NCBI GenBank assembly: GCA_050273025.1
Contig: CP158635.1
Location: 12,958,001 to 13,022,000, forward strand
Direction of reading: 5' to 3'
DNA from: Cenococcum geophilum
Lineage: Eukaryota
DNA length: 64,000 nt
Shown here: piece by piece, positions 51,900 through 64,000 of the stretch
Position numbering within the stretch: the first letter of the stretch is position 1
Layout: every line of letters starts with the position of its first letter
Program-made: the position numbers and the translations under genes
Notes under the pieces: generated by a model
Told to the model about the DNA's origin: nothing
The model's database searches: none
The model's input: the letters and a program-made list of their open reading frames with translations, nothing else

Positions 51900-53100
51900 T
51901 AAAGACGGTAGCCTTAATATTTTATTATATAGATTGTTATATAGTACCTAGAGGCTAACCTAGATAGGCCTAAGACTGCACTAAAGAGGATCGACGTCAT
52001 TAACGGAAAGCTTATATTACGGCCCTAGAAAAACAAGCTAGTACCTTACGGGCAAATAAAGCTCTTATATAGCTTTTAGTGGAGAAAAATAGGTAACTAG
52101 TTGCCTTATTAGTAGCTAATAGCATCTCTAAGCACGATATAAATAGATATAAGTTATAAAGTTTATACTATTATAACGGAGAGTTACTAGTGTCGAAGGT
52201 AGAGATTAAAGGCGCCGCCCTATAGCCTATATCTAGCACTGACGTAAATACTAATTTAGAAGATGCCGCTAAGTCGCGAAGGCTTAGTAATACTACGTCT
52301 AGAGCTGCTAAGACTAGGAAATAGTTAAGGGCTAAGTAGGCTTACAACTATTGCCGATACCAAAAGATAAGGTATAACTTTAGTGAAAATAGAGCACTAT
52401 ATACTAACTGCGTAGTGCATAAGTTAGATTATACCATTACCGTTCGCCGTAGGAGGAAACCCGCTATTCGTAGTAAAGATGCTAGAGTTAGCGAAGTTCC
52501 TATAGACTAGAGTAAAGCTTTAAACGATTTTATGGAAGGTACGGAGATCACGGTTAGGGTTAATTAAGAACAGCTTAAGACTAATCTAGCTTAGTAGGCT
52601 TGGAAGGAACCCTTATAAAAAGCGTTTCTAGGGAGGAATATAACACTAATTACTACGTTAGCCTAGAATTAAATAACATAGGAATTATAAAATAAAGGGG
52701 AGAAGAACGTTCTATAAGGTTAGTACTTATACTATATATTAGGAAGAGCGTTACTTATAGGAACTCCACAGCTATTAAGAGTCCCTAATGCAGACATCTT
52801 ACCGCGAAAGCACTTCTTTAGCTCTTAAAATATCTAAAGGCGAGGACCTACCGGGGCTCTACGGAATAAATCCTGCCCTAAATATTAATAACTATAAAAT
52901 GGATTATATATACGGCTTTGCTGTTTAAGGTAGCGTCACTAGTAAACTTTTAGTATATCCTTCCTATTATTAATATGGGTCGTAGATTATACAGCCTCCT
53001 ATCCTCTAAATATTAACGCGCAACTATATCCTACTTTAAATTCTTTAGACTTTCTTAGGAACGCTCCCTATAGCGGCTAAGGATAAGGGTTCTTAAAAGG
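51900..53100 (+). pseudogene. Zn(II)2Cys6 binuclear-cluster protein with an N-terminal coiled-coil-like segment
   Basis: ~52330-52460 reads RAK*AYNYCRYQKIRYN......YTNCVVHKLDYTITVRRRRK; reverting TAY to TGY gives AC..CR.QKIRC......PC.NC......C. Confidence 0.75.
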
Positions 53101-53674
53101 GTTTTTATAGGAGTTAGCAAATATCTAAGCTTGCGAATAATTTTTTAGATAATAACTCTTAATACCTCCCTTTGCTTCCTTCTTTTTAGTGCGGCCCTTA
53201 TAGATCTAAAGAGATCTAATAATCCCTTTAACTTTATATTATACCACACTCCCCTACCTTAGGCTAAAATAATAGTAGAAAATAAAGTAAATAAAAACTA
53301 ACTTATCCTAGCTAGTAAGGCAGAAGAATAACCAGGGTTTTAATTTGCTCGCTTTAATTTCCGTATTAAAAGTTATTACATTAACCCCTCAGTTCTCCTA
53401 ACGTGTTTATTTATACTTAATATTCGGTTTCTACTCTGCGCTATATTACCGCTGCTTCTTCTACGCCATACTAGATGTTTAGAGGTAAAAGGAACACCAT
53501 TAAGGCTAATATAATAACTGTAAGTACAAGATTAACCTAGTCTTAGTTGCATCTGCTTATAGTTTTAGTTTAGTAACTCTAGGACTAAAATATATCTACT
53601 ATTAATTATCGCAATATAAGCGCAGCTTAAAAACATTACAGGTTAATCTTTAAACACTAGGGCAACGAACAGAC

Positions 53675-56600
53675 TGTTACGGCTTATATAAATGCCTTTG
53701 AACCAAAGCTTGTAGAATGCTGTATTACGAAGATACTAAGCTAAAGAGAAGGAAAAGGGGTCGCCAGGACCGATGTAAACAAATATATAGGGTAAGCCGC
53801 CAAGGCGCTAGCTTTGGGCGGGCCAATCACAGGTCGGCAGAATATGGCAGAATTTAGCAGGTAACGTGCGATAGCGCCGTTACATTACCCCCCTCTTTAA
53901 AAGAAAGCCTGCCCTTAGGCTTAGTTAGAAAAAATAGGGTAGCACTAGGCTTATAAATGTAGGATTATAAAAATATAAGATGAGGAGATAAAGGGAACAT
54001 AAGTCCGTCCTAACTAAGTATAAAGGGCGATTATAGGCTAAGTGGAAGTACTAGGCTAGAAAGAGTAGCCGCTAAAAGTCTTAGCATGGATCTAACCAAT
54101 TAGACAACTTTAACCGGCGGTTAAAGTTCCTAAACATCTAAAATTTTATGGTACTAGCAGAAAACGGCAGAATATGGCAGAATTTGGCGGACAGCTGTAT
54201 TAAGGCTTTGGGGCGTTTTTGTCCCTATATTCTTTCGGTAACTTATTATCTTTATTATACTAGCATTCCATCCATTTATCTAGGTACTTTAGGGGTCTAG
54301 GCGTATTAGGGTATTGGTTATAGAATTCTTTAAGCTTCTAGGGGTAGCCTATAAAGTTCCACATAGGGTACCAGGTTGGGTCAGGATTGTAGCCCTTCCA
54401 TTAAACACGGTATTTTAGCGCTCCCCGTACTATCTTATAGGCTAGTATTTTATTAACCTCCTATTCATTATCACCGTTTACTTAAACTAGTAGGGGAAGC
54501 TCATTCTTTTATTTAGGTAATAGGTTGTTTACAGCTTTCCATAACTTATCTAATAAGAAAATAGGGTAAACCCTAATTAAGTCTGGGAGCTTTATCTTAT
54601 ATAAGTTACCTATCTTCTTAAAAACCTTATATAGTCCTGCCATCTAGTAATCTAGCTTACGGCTAGGTTATTTAGTCCTTTAATTCCTTATTATAACCTA
54701 GACCATATCGCTAAGGGCAAAATTAGGCTCTTAACGGTGTTTATTCGCCTACTATTCTATTAACCTCTAAGCTTTTTCTAGGTTCTTGCGGGCTACCGTT
54801 TAGGCATCCTCTAATCATTTAGCGTACTATTAGGCCTTAACATAGAATAGCTTCTCTTATATAGTCTAGGGTTCTTCTAGCCTTTTTTAGTTAAAGCTTA
54901 TACGGGGTAAGTATCCCATTTCCAGCTAAATTGGGGCAAACCCTATAGAGTTATAGGGTAAGGTTGCTTGCGCGTAGTTTATTAAGGGTAGTAGTTTAAA
55001 CTAGTTATCCTAGAAATAGTTAATAAAGGGCCTAAGCCTCTAGTCTAGGTACTAATTTACAATCTTTATCTAACCGTCTATCTGGGGGTAATAAGCTATA
55101 AAAAGCTTTAGCTTAATACCTAGGATTTAGGTAAACTTATTCTAGAAGGCTAATATAAACTATAGCCTATAATCGGATATAATAGTATCTAGTAGTCTAT
55201 AGATTTAGTAAACGTAATAGATATATAGCTAGGCTACCTCTTTAGCATTAATATTCTTATAACATGGAATTAAAAACGGGCGTTTACTAAAGCGGTTAAT
55301 TATAACTATAACTATATTATATCCGTTACGGTCCCTAAGTAGTTTATAAAAGTCTATAGAGATATACTACTAAGGGCGCTCTAGTATTAGGAGTAGCTTA
55401 AGTAGTCCTAGGGTCTTATCCCGTAGGATTATAGCTCTTTAGTAGTCTTTACAGTTCCGTATATATTAATTAATATCCACAACTATTCTCGGCCAGTAGT
55501 AGCGGTAGTTAATAATTTTATAGGTCTTATTCTTGCTAGGGTATACTGTAGAGACTTAGTAATAAGCTTCGCGGATTAGTTTAGTTTATAGATTATTAAC
55601 GTTAGGGACTATAAGCCGCTCCTAGTATAGGAGCAATCCTTCCTCCATCTTAAAATCGGGGTCTTCTTTCGCGGCTTATTCGCGGAGGGCCCTTAGGGCA
55701 TTAGCCGTGCGGTTTATAGTTAGGAGGCGGTCAATTAGCCCTATTAGCTTATCTAAGGACTCCTCTATTAGTACTAGCTTGTTTTACTAGAAGTCTAGCT
55801 CCTTAAGAATCCGTAAGTTAAGCTATTCTAGATAAAAAAGGGCGCGCGTCCAATATTAGGTCTTTAGCTTATCCTAAGGTCCTACATCTTATTCTCTTTA
55901 GGTTAGGGTATTAGCCTTAGAGTTTTACTTACTAGAATAATATATAATTATAAAGAAGAATTAGGAGAGTATTTCGGCCTACTAGGCTTATCGCCCCATA
56001 AGCTGCTTTATAGTCATAAAGTACTCTAGGGCTTTATAATCTATATATATCTTAATCCAGGAGTTTATACCTTTAAGCTCTGCGCGCCATTAAAAGAGTA
56101 ATTAAATAATAGCTAATATTTCTTTATTATATACTTCATAGTTATACTTAGCTAGGTCTATTATCTTTAAGAAGAAAGCTATAGGGTACTATTCGCCATC
56201 TAGATGTAACTGTAATAGGATTCCCGCTATAACCCTATTAAAGGCGTCTATTTCTAGCATTAATTTAAGGTCCGGGTTATAGTAATAAAGGATTAAGGAA
56301 GAGATAAGCTAATTCTTTACCTCTTTAAAGGCCTCCCTATAGCTATTATTAAAGATAAAAGGCGTATTCTTCCTAGTTAGTCATATAAGAGGTTTTGCCA
56401 TAATTCCGTAGTTATAGATAAACCAGTAGTAGAAATTATAAAAACTAAGAAAGGACTAGATTCCTTTTACTATATAAGGGGGCTTCTAGTTACGGATTAC
56501 CTCTACCTTCTTAGGGTTAACCTTAATTCCTTCCGTAGTTACGATAAACCTAAGGTATTTTATACGTTTTACCCTAAACTCGCATTTCTTAATATTAACT

Positions 56601-59600
56601 TATAAGCCCGCGTTCCATAGTCTCTCTAGGACCTTCTTAATATAAACTTAATACTTAAGTTCGTCGTCTAAGTATATAAGAATATCATCTAGGTATACCG
56701 TGCAGAATTCGTTAAGGTAATTAAAAAGAACGTCATTTATATACCTTTAGTACGTAGCTAGTCCGTTTATTAGTCTAAAAGGAAGAACTTTATATTTATA
56801 GGAACCATAGCGGGTATAGAATATTATTAAATCTTTAGATATAGGGTCTATCCTAATTTAGTAGAAAGCTTAGCGGATATTAAGTTTAGTAAAGATCTTT
56901 ACCTGGCTTAGACGTATAAGGGTCTTATTAATTAAAGGAATAGGATACCGGTTCTTTTAAGTAATAGTATTTAGCTTTTAATAGTTAATATAAAAACGAA
57001 GGCCTCTATTAGGCTTTTTTACGAACAGGATAGGGGAAGTAAAAGGGGCTTAACTTAGCTCGATAAACCCTTTATCTAAGTTATTAATTAAGTACTACTT
57101 TATTGCTTTTAGCTTATCCATCAATTAATAGTAGAGGGGGCTATAGCCTAGCAAGTTATTAGCCTCTAATTAAATCTTATAATTATACGTCTAATAGGGG
57201 GGTAACTTGTTTAAGGCCGCCTTTAAGAATGTATCCTTATAGCCTATATAAATAGTAAGAAGAAGGCATTTAACTAGTTTCTTATTAGTTTCCTTATCTG
57301 GCCTTTTCTCTCTATTATTAATAATTCGGTTAATCTTATATAGGCTTATTATAAAGACCTTATTATCCTTCTAGTATATATTAAAGTAGAACGCTACAGC
57401 GCTAATTACGGCGATGTTTATAGTAGGGGGGTTAACTAATAATAGGGGCGTATATAACTTTAGGGACTTCTAGGGTACTAGCGTTATCGTTACTCCTTTT
57501 AGCTCTTATTATATCTTTTAGAGGTTATCCCTTATATCCTATTAATACGTTCTTTTTTATAACGGTTAAATCTATACAATTTAGACGTTATCTATATTAT
57601 TATCTATCCCGCTTCTATATATAGAGTCCTCTTTAAACATAGCGCTTTGGAAGAGTATCTTTATTAATATAGAGTTCTTTCTAGCTTCGCGGTAGGCGTT
57701 CTTTTAAATAAAGGCTAGGTTATAGGCCCAGACATCCTACTAGTAGGTAGAGTTAGCCCTTATAGCTAGTATCTTATAGTTAGTTCAGATCTCCCTAATA
57801 AAGAAGGGTAACCTTAGTCTATCCTCCGGCTAAACAAACCGTCTTTTTTACATATTTAACTAAATATTAAAATAGGACATCCATTTTCGTCTAAGGATTA
57901 TATTATAGGACCCTAGGTCTAGGATACAAAAGGGGATACTATATTAGCGTCGTCCGTTAAAAGCAATATATAACTTTAAGACATAGGTAACAGGCTAACC
58001 GGCTTAGCCGTTATAGCCCTTTACCTAAATAGGCTTCTCTAGTTAGATGGCTTCTATATTTAGAAACTTAGCAACATTATTTATATAGGCAGTATTTATA
58101 AAGGCGAAGCTATTTACTCTAGTATTAATAAGGGCGGTTATATTAACTCTATATCCATTTTAAGATACTATATATAGAACCGTAAAATACTTTCCACCTA
58201 TTAACTAACTAAGATTAATCTCTTCGAGATTAATAGGGTACCCTAGGGGGGAGTCTTTCCTTAGGGTTTTTCTTTTCCTAACTTATCGGACGTTTCTCCT
58301 TCCTCTATTTTCTTAATATCGCCTATATCCTTTAGCTCTAGGCAGGATAAGGTAAAGTAACCTTACTTATTACAGTTAAAGCATATAGCCGAGGCAGGGT
58401 TAATTAGAGTATTACGGCGAATACTAGTTAATGGCGTAGTATATAGCTGGTTAGGCAAGGCTTGTTAGGGCATAGTTATAACCGCCTTTAGTATAAGAGT
58501 AGTTATAACTTATCTTCCTACTCTAGCTCCTATAGGTATAGCTAGCAAGTTCCAATTATTATAGAGTCGCTTCTGCTAATTAGGGTGGGCGTTAATCCGC
58601 TTTAGTTCTAAGTCTAATAATAGGCAACAAGCTATAAGTTTTTTGTGGGTTAGTAGGTTATCTAAGGTTACAGCAATCTTTTCTTATAGCTAGATTGTTA
58701 GCTTATTATATAGGTCTAATTAGTAGTTCTTAAGGGGAACCTAGCCTTCTCCTATAAGGTATAGGAATTAAGTTTAGAATTCAGCAAAGGGTTAGTTCGG
58801 TTTTATTATTAGGTAATTATAGTTATAACAAGCATCCCGTACTTTATTTAGGTTAATATAGATAGCCACTAGGTACCATATTATCTTATTAATAGATATA
58901 AATTAGATAGGGGAGTCATCCTCAAACTTGGCTTAAAGGTGCCGTTAGGCGTCCCTAGTAGTTTAACCAAAGAGGTAGAGCATTTTAGCTTCTTTAAAAA
59001 GGAAATAGTTATAGTTAACGCGGAGCTTTCCTTATACTTAAATCCTCTAATTCTTAAAGGTAGGGTCTATCCTATTAGACAATAGTAGGGGGTTAGGGAG
59101 CTTAACGGACTTTAATTGCTTTATTATTATATCCGTACTCCCTAGTATATCGTATTTAGTAGAGTAAACAGGTCGGCTAGGGCTTTAAAAAGGGGAAGCT
59201 AGGCTATTTCATAGGGCCACAAGGCTTTCTAGGATCTCTTATAGGGTCTCTTATATATTTCTCACTTTAAGACGATTAGCTTCCTAGCTAGCTGCAAGGG
59301 CGCGAATCTACTCGCGTATATCTACGATATTATTATTATCTTCAATTTCTAATCCCAATTAGATCTTAGGTTCCTCTTAGGTAGAGGCAGCTCTCTTAAA
59401 TAAGCTTACTTTAGGTGCCATTATTAGCTTCCTAAGGTTTGTCGGTATTATACGCTTTAGTTTTAATTCTAGGGGTATAGGTCCAGTCCTATCTGGCTTA
59501 TAAGGTAGGATATTATCTAGGCCTTCCCAGGCAATATAAAGTTGTTTTAGTGTCTAAGTATAGTGTATTAATGCGTCGTTGCAGACGAAGTTTCTTTGGG

Positions 59601-59861
59601 GTAGGATATTATTAAGGCCTTCCCAGGCAAGGTAGGGAGAGCTTAGTATAATGTTACGGCTCGTACAAATGCCTCTAAACCGAAGCTTATAGAATGCTGT
59701 ATTACGAAGATACTAAGCTAAAGAGAAGGAAAAGGGGTCGCTAGGACCGATGTAAATAAATATATAGGGTAAGCCGCTAAGGCGCTAGCTTTAGGCGGGC
59801 TAATCGCAGGTCGGCAGAATATGGTAGAATTTGGCAGGTAACATACGATAGCGCCGTTACA
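53675..59861 (-). mobile_element. Full-length Gypsy/chromovirus E (6187 bp), RIP-degenerate, pol related to A
   Basis: 210-bp LTRs at 53675-53884 and 59652-59861 (TGTTAC...GTTACA), perfect TSD CAGAC, PPT next to 53884. Gag with a CCHC knuckle (~58345-58385), protease, RT (YLDDIL ~56690), RNase H, integrase, chromodomain. Confidence 0.96.
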
Positions 59862-59866
59862 CAGAC

Positions 59867-60572
59867 TAGGAAGCGTCGTTATACGAAGAAGGTTATATAG
59901 GCTAAGGATTTTATTCCCTTCTTTACACGGGAATTACAGAACCTCTAAAAACGGGTATCACTTTTAGAAAAGGGAAAATCTAGTAAAAGCGCTACTGAGG
60001 AGCCTAAGAAGCCTAAGGAGCTTAAGAAGCTTAGGGAGCTTAGAGAGCCTAAAAAGTCTAGGAAGCTTAGAAGCGTCAAATTCCTATATCCGCTCTATAC
60101 TAAGGATTTTACTTAGGTAGATAATCTCGCAAGATACCTTAAGAAGAAGCATTAATTTAAATGCAATAATTACTGCAAAATTTATAACAGGCAATTCGGA
60201 GCGTTAGTAATATTTACCCGTCACTTAAAGGGCCATTATCCTAGGTTAGTTTAGGAGAATATTATTAACTAAGGGTCCTATAAGTCTGGACTAGGGCTAC
60301 CTAAGTAATTGCCCTCACAGCTATATAAAGACATTAATGCGACACCTCTTCTATAGCCTTTTAGCGATACATTAGACGAAGCACCTTTAAATTCTCTTGC
60401 TAAGCAAATAACGCAGTATTTTTCACATAATGTTTTGGACATATTTAGTACGGCACCCTTTAATATATTTAGTGCGGCACCCTTTAATCCTCCTAGGGCT
60501 TTTAATATATTTAGTGCAGCACCCTCTAATTCTCCAGTAGAGACGATATACTAGCCGCTCTTAGGAGATTAA
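59867..60572 (+). pseudogene. C2H2 zinc-finger protein (two fingers); its 5' part probably lies left of Gypsy E (~53450-53674)
   Basis: EPKKPKE repeats, then FLYPLYTKDFT*VDNLARYLKKKH and YCKIYNRQFG....FTRHLKGH (de-RIP C..C...F.....L.RH...H); 24-bp repeats near 60430-60530. Confidence 0.7.
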
Positions 60573-61239
60573 GCTATAAATAATATAATACCCGCTAGAC
60601 TTACCTTAAGTAGTAATAATAAAGAGGCATTTATTAAGGATATTATAGTAAGTTAATTAAAGTTCTCTCTTCTATAATACTATGACTAACTAGAAGATGC
60701 TATAGCGTGGATTATTACGCAATTTAGCCTTAGATCTAAGTATTATTAACTAGCTTTTAACATTATCTAGCGGCGCTAAAGTAAGTAAATAACGCATTTT
60801 TTTAAGTTAATTCCTACTCCCTAACTATAGATTAGTACTATTATTTTTAAATAAACGTATAGCGTTAAGGTGCTAGGTTATACTATATACTAGTAGATTT
60901 ATATAAATAGAAATTTTGCTATATAAGGGTATTCTATTTAGATTCTAGCTAACTATACTATAGTAGTCTTAAATTAATTTACTTTACACGCTACTATAAT
61001 AGAGCTTCCCGTTTCTAAATTATATAATTGCTACTATAAAAATAGTTATTTCCGGCCAGCTCTTCAATTTTATTACCTACTTAGTAGTTAATCTTTCCGT
61101 GCCTAGAAAACCCTTTACCTAAGTATAAAACCACAATAGCGTGTATATTAGGAATTGGTTACTTCTTAAGGTAAGGTTTTAAGTGTAATAACTAGTAATA
61201 ACAAATAAAGCTTAATATTGTTAGTAAATGCGACTCTAT

Positions 61240-61990
61240 AAGGTTTCATATCACATATATATTGCCCCCATTTACTCTTACTTCTCCTATCTATCTACTG
61301 TCTACTCTATAAGAAGACCTATTAATCTAAACTATCCACGAAATATCCTAATCTCTACCAAAATGGAAACACCAAGCCCCTATAAGTTCTTTAATTAATA
61401 CCATCTTTTACCATTCTAGATCTTAGCCTATACGTTTACTGCGACCAAATCGGACAGGAAAGCAAGCCGTAATAAAAAAATCGTCGTTTTAAGCCAAGAA
61501 AAGTATCGTTTGGACAGCCTAGACAATATTAGTCCTCCTCTAAAAGTCTCCAGAATATGCTTACTTTATTTAAAACAATATCTCTTTTAACATAGTCTAA
61601 GGAGGCTAGGTATTCCGGCAAAGTAGGCTTAACACTTATAGCTCCTTTAAGGACGAGACACCTATCCTTATAAAGAGCTTGCAAAGCCTTATCAAAATTC
61701 ATTTTTAGAGAGAGCTTTTGCCCGCCGCGCTTAACGACCTTAATATCCATATGCTTATTAGCTGGCCGTATAGCCCTTACTCCAAGGTTATAGTTGTTTT
61801 ATTACTCTAAAATTCGAGCTATATAGGGCAGGTTTGGCGGGGCATAATCATTAACTGGATTCGCTAGCACGTAATGCCTGGTAAGATAGATAAATATAAT
61901 ACACTAAGTCCCACAACAAACTATTAAATTGTAGCGATATCTAATTCAATAATTAGCCCTTAAGGCGTGTGAGCTTATATTCCCTAAGTC
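61240..61990 (-). pseudogene. Unidentified cargo gene relic
   Basis: ORF remnant 61529-61750 continues in frame past a TAA (YCLGCPNDTFLGLKRRFFYYGLLSCPIWSQ). Confidence 0.4.
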
Positions 61991-62309
61991 TTCTTAGCAA
62001 TATATACCAGATCTTTTAAAGCGGATAAGCCTTATAGCTAACCTCTATTAAATAAGTTTAAGGCTATAACATAAGGCTCTAGTAGTAAAGTCTAGGTAAG
62101 TGCTATAAATATAAAAAATGGAAACAACTTTTAGTGCTAAGAGGAGAATTATAAACTAGAGGCTCTATTAGACTTAGAGCAACTAAGTATAGGTTAGGTG
62201 GTAAGGCTTAGAGGGAGAGAATAGGTAGGTTTAATTTCTTAGAAAATAACTTAGATTAAATAACAGTGCCCGCCCTCTAATAAAGAATTATATAGAGGTT
62301 CTATAAAGC

Positions 62310-62375
62310 GGCTAGGAGGGCTAGGGAGGGCTAGGGAGGGCTAGGGAGGACTAGGGAGGACTAGGGAGGGCTAGG
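62310..62375 (+). repeat. (GGCTAGGGAG)n 10-bp tandem repeat, about 6 copies
   Basis: Directly visible; the same unit occurs about 2.5 times at 51775-51800. Confidence 0.9.
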
Positions 62376-62480
62376 ACCCCACAAAGATTAAGGTCCTACT
62401 ACTTTTTCTATTTTTTAACATTAACCGTCTACGCCTTGCCCTATATTTCTTACTATAGCTATCCAAACTTCTTTATAAAA

Positions 62481-64000
62481 ATGCCGCCAATTACCTAATA
62501 AACTTCCTTAGCCTAAAGTCCCATACGCAAGGGGCGAACGCCTACCCGTATACTAAGGTTAACGACTAAAGCCTCCTTTAAAGAGCGAGGTTTATTAAGC
62601 GCGACGCGTAAAGAGGCTGTAAGTAAAGCCATTAGCAAGGGGGGCGTTTGTTTTCCTTATAAGGAGGTTATTAAAACTAGAGCGGGTATCCCTACCTTAA
62701 GCGTAAACTATAATAGCTTTTTATTCCCTTAGCTATGACTTTTTTAATAATACTAACTTCTCTAAGATCTTCCCGGAATAGAAGAACAGCAAAGCTTAGC
62801 TGCTATTACGCACAGTATTACTACGGAGTTAATAGCAATATTACCGCATCTTATTAACCTAAGGATCTTAAATTAAACAGCTTATAACCTTAATTATCTT
62901 ACCTAAGAGAATTACATCTTAATAATAGGGTAATCGGAACCCCCTAGTTTCTAAACACCTAATAATAAAACAAATAGCCTTCCGGATAAAGTTCTTTATC
63001 CTATAATAAAAGTAAAGTTTATACGCAAGTATTATAGCTCTACACTTAGGAACTAATATTTATATAACAGTTGTAAGGGGTCCTACTATAAAGTTTATTT
63101 TAGATTATACAGACAAACAAAACACGGTTAAATAAGATATTATTATAGCTATACAAATTGCCGTTATGCTAAGGGCGCGGGCCTTTCTTCCAAAAAAGCT
63201 CTTACCGCTTATATTAAGCGTTACGATTTAAACCGTTATAAAAGCATTCCAAATAGACCATAAATCCTTCCCTAGTATAGCGCCGCTTTAGAACTAATAA
63301 AATATCTATACCCTTTACTAGGTTATAAAAAGGCTATTAAAATAGGTTTACCTTTAAAAAAGAATCTTTGCGGCTATATTAAAGACCACCACAGCCTTAA
63401 AAGAGTTTATTATCCTTACCAAGATTATAGATAATTAACCGGCCTAGGGCTATCCTCAAAAAAAGCCCTTACCCACCACTTAAAAGATTCCCACAGTTCT
63501 AGAGCATATTTTTGCCATTATGTCACCTATAATTAAGCTAGAGGCTAAGGCCTGCCCTCTAAAGCTACTTTTCGCCGCCATATTAGGGATATTTACGGCG
63601 ATAAAAAGAAATGCCCCTACCCTAACTACAAACAAGCCACTAGCAAAGGCTTTTATAATATATCCTACTTTTACCGCTATATAGACGGACATTCTAAATT
63701 ATATCTTTGCCCTTATATTAGTTGCAAATTCTCTAAAGGCAAAGGGCTAGGTACTAAAGAAGCTCTTTTTATATATAAAAGGAGGGCTTACAGCTCTCTT
63801 TAATTCCACTATAGTATACCTAATTACAAAGAAGCCACTAGAAGAGGGTTATCTTGCAAAAATAGTTTTTAAAATTATATAATAATGGTCCACAGCTCTA
63901 GTTCCTATTATTGCCCTAATATTAACTGCGAATAAGCTACTAGCCAAGGATTTTATTTAGAAAGAACTCTTTAGGGGCATATAAACCGTGTTTACGGCCC
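62481..64000 (+). pseudogene. Poly-C2H2 zinc-finger array protein, runs off the window end
   Basis: From ~63050 there are about 9-10 repeats of ~30 aa, e.g. YYSYTNCRYAKGAGLSSKKALTAYIKRY, YYPYQDYR*LTGLGLSSKKALTHHLKDSH, KCPYPNYKQATSKGFYNISYFYRYIDGH, LCPYISCKFSKGKGLGTKEALFIYKRRAY. Confidence 0.8.

Larger units (their letters stand above)
18946..64000 (+). mobile_element. Putative Starship giant transposon (RIP-inactivated); right end not seen in the window
   Basis: Abrupt break in the Gypsy D RT, then a DUF3435 captain ~400 bp inside pointing inward, then many degenerate non-TE genes including Spok-like and ankyrin genes. The missing 5' half of D does not reappear before 64000. Confidence 0.78.

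Noticed and set aside
63480..63692. 70-aa minus ORF
   Set aside because: Antisense to the poly-C2H2 frame.

Overview
Fungal (ascomycete-type) AT-rich region heavily mutated by RIP (repeat-induced point mutation): TpA is in large excess, CpA/TpG is depleted, and almost every reading frame is broken by TAA/TAG. The first ~19 kb is a nest of transposons. A hAT transposase relic was hit by Gypsy/chromovirus A, which was hit by full-length Gypsy B. B in turn carries a SINE-like insertion, a non-autonomous LTR element, a solo LTR and a palindromic tandem array. A further Gypsy (D) is cut off inside its RT at ~18.95 kb. At that point begins what looks like a RIP-killed Starship giant transposon: a DUF3435 tyrosine-recombinase 'captain' pseudogene followed by >40 kb of degenerate cargo running off the window end. 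The cargo includes a Spok-like (spore-killer family) nuclease-kinase gene, an ankyrin-repeat gene, a Zn2Cys6 gene, several C2H2 genes including a long poly-zinc-finger array, and several unidentifiable gene relics. Later insertions into the cargo are a 5'-truncated LINE, a probable solo LTR and full-length Gypsy E. Two cargo modules (Spok-like, ankyrin) are each bracketed by direct repeats. Protein calls come from manual translation with mental reversal of RIP, not from database searches; gene boundaries are approximate.
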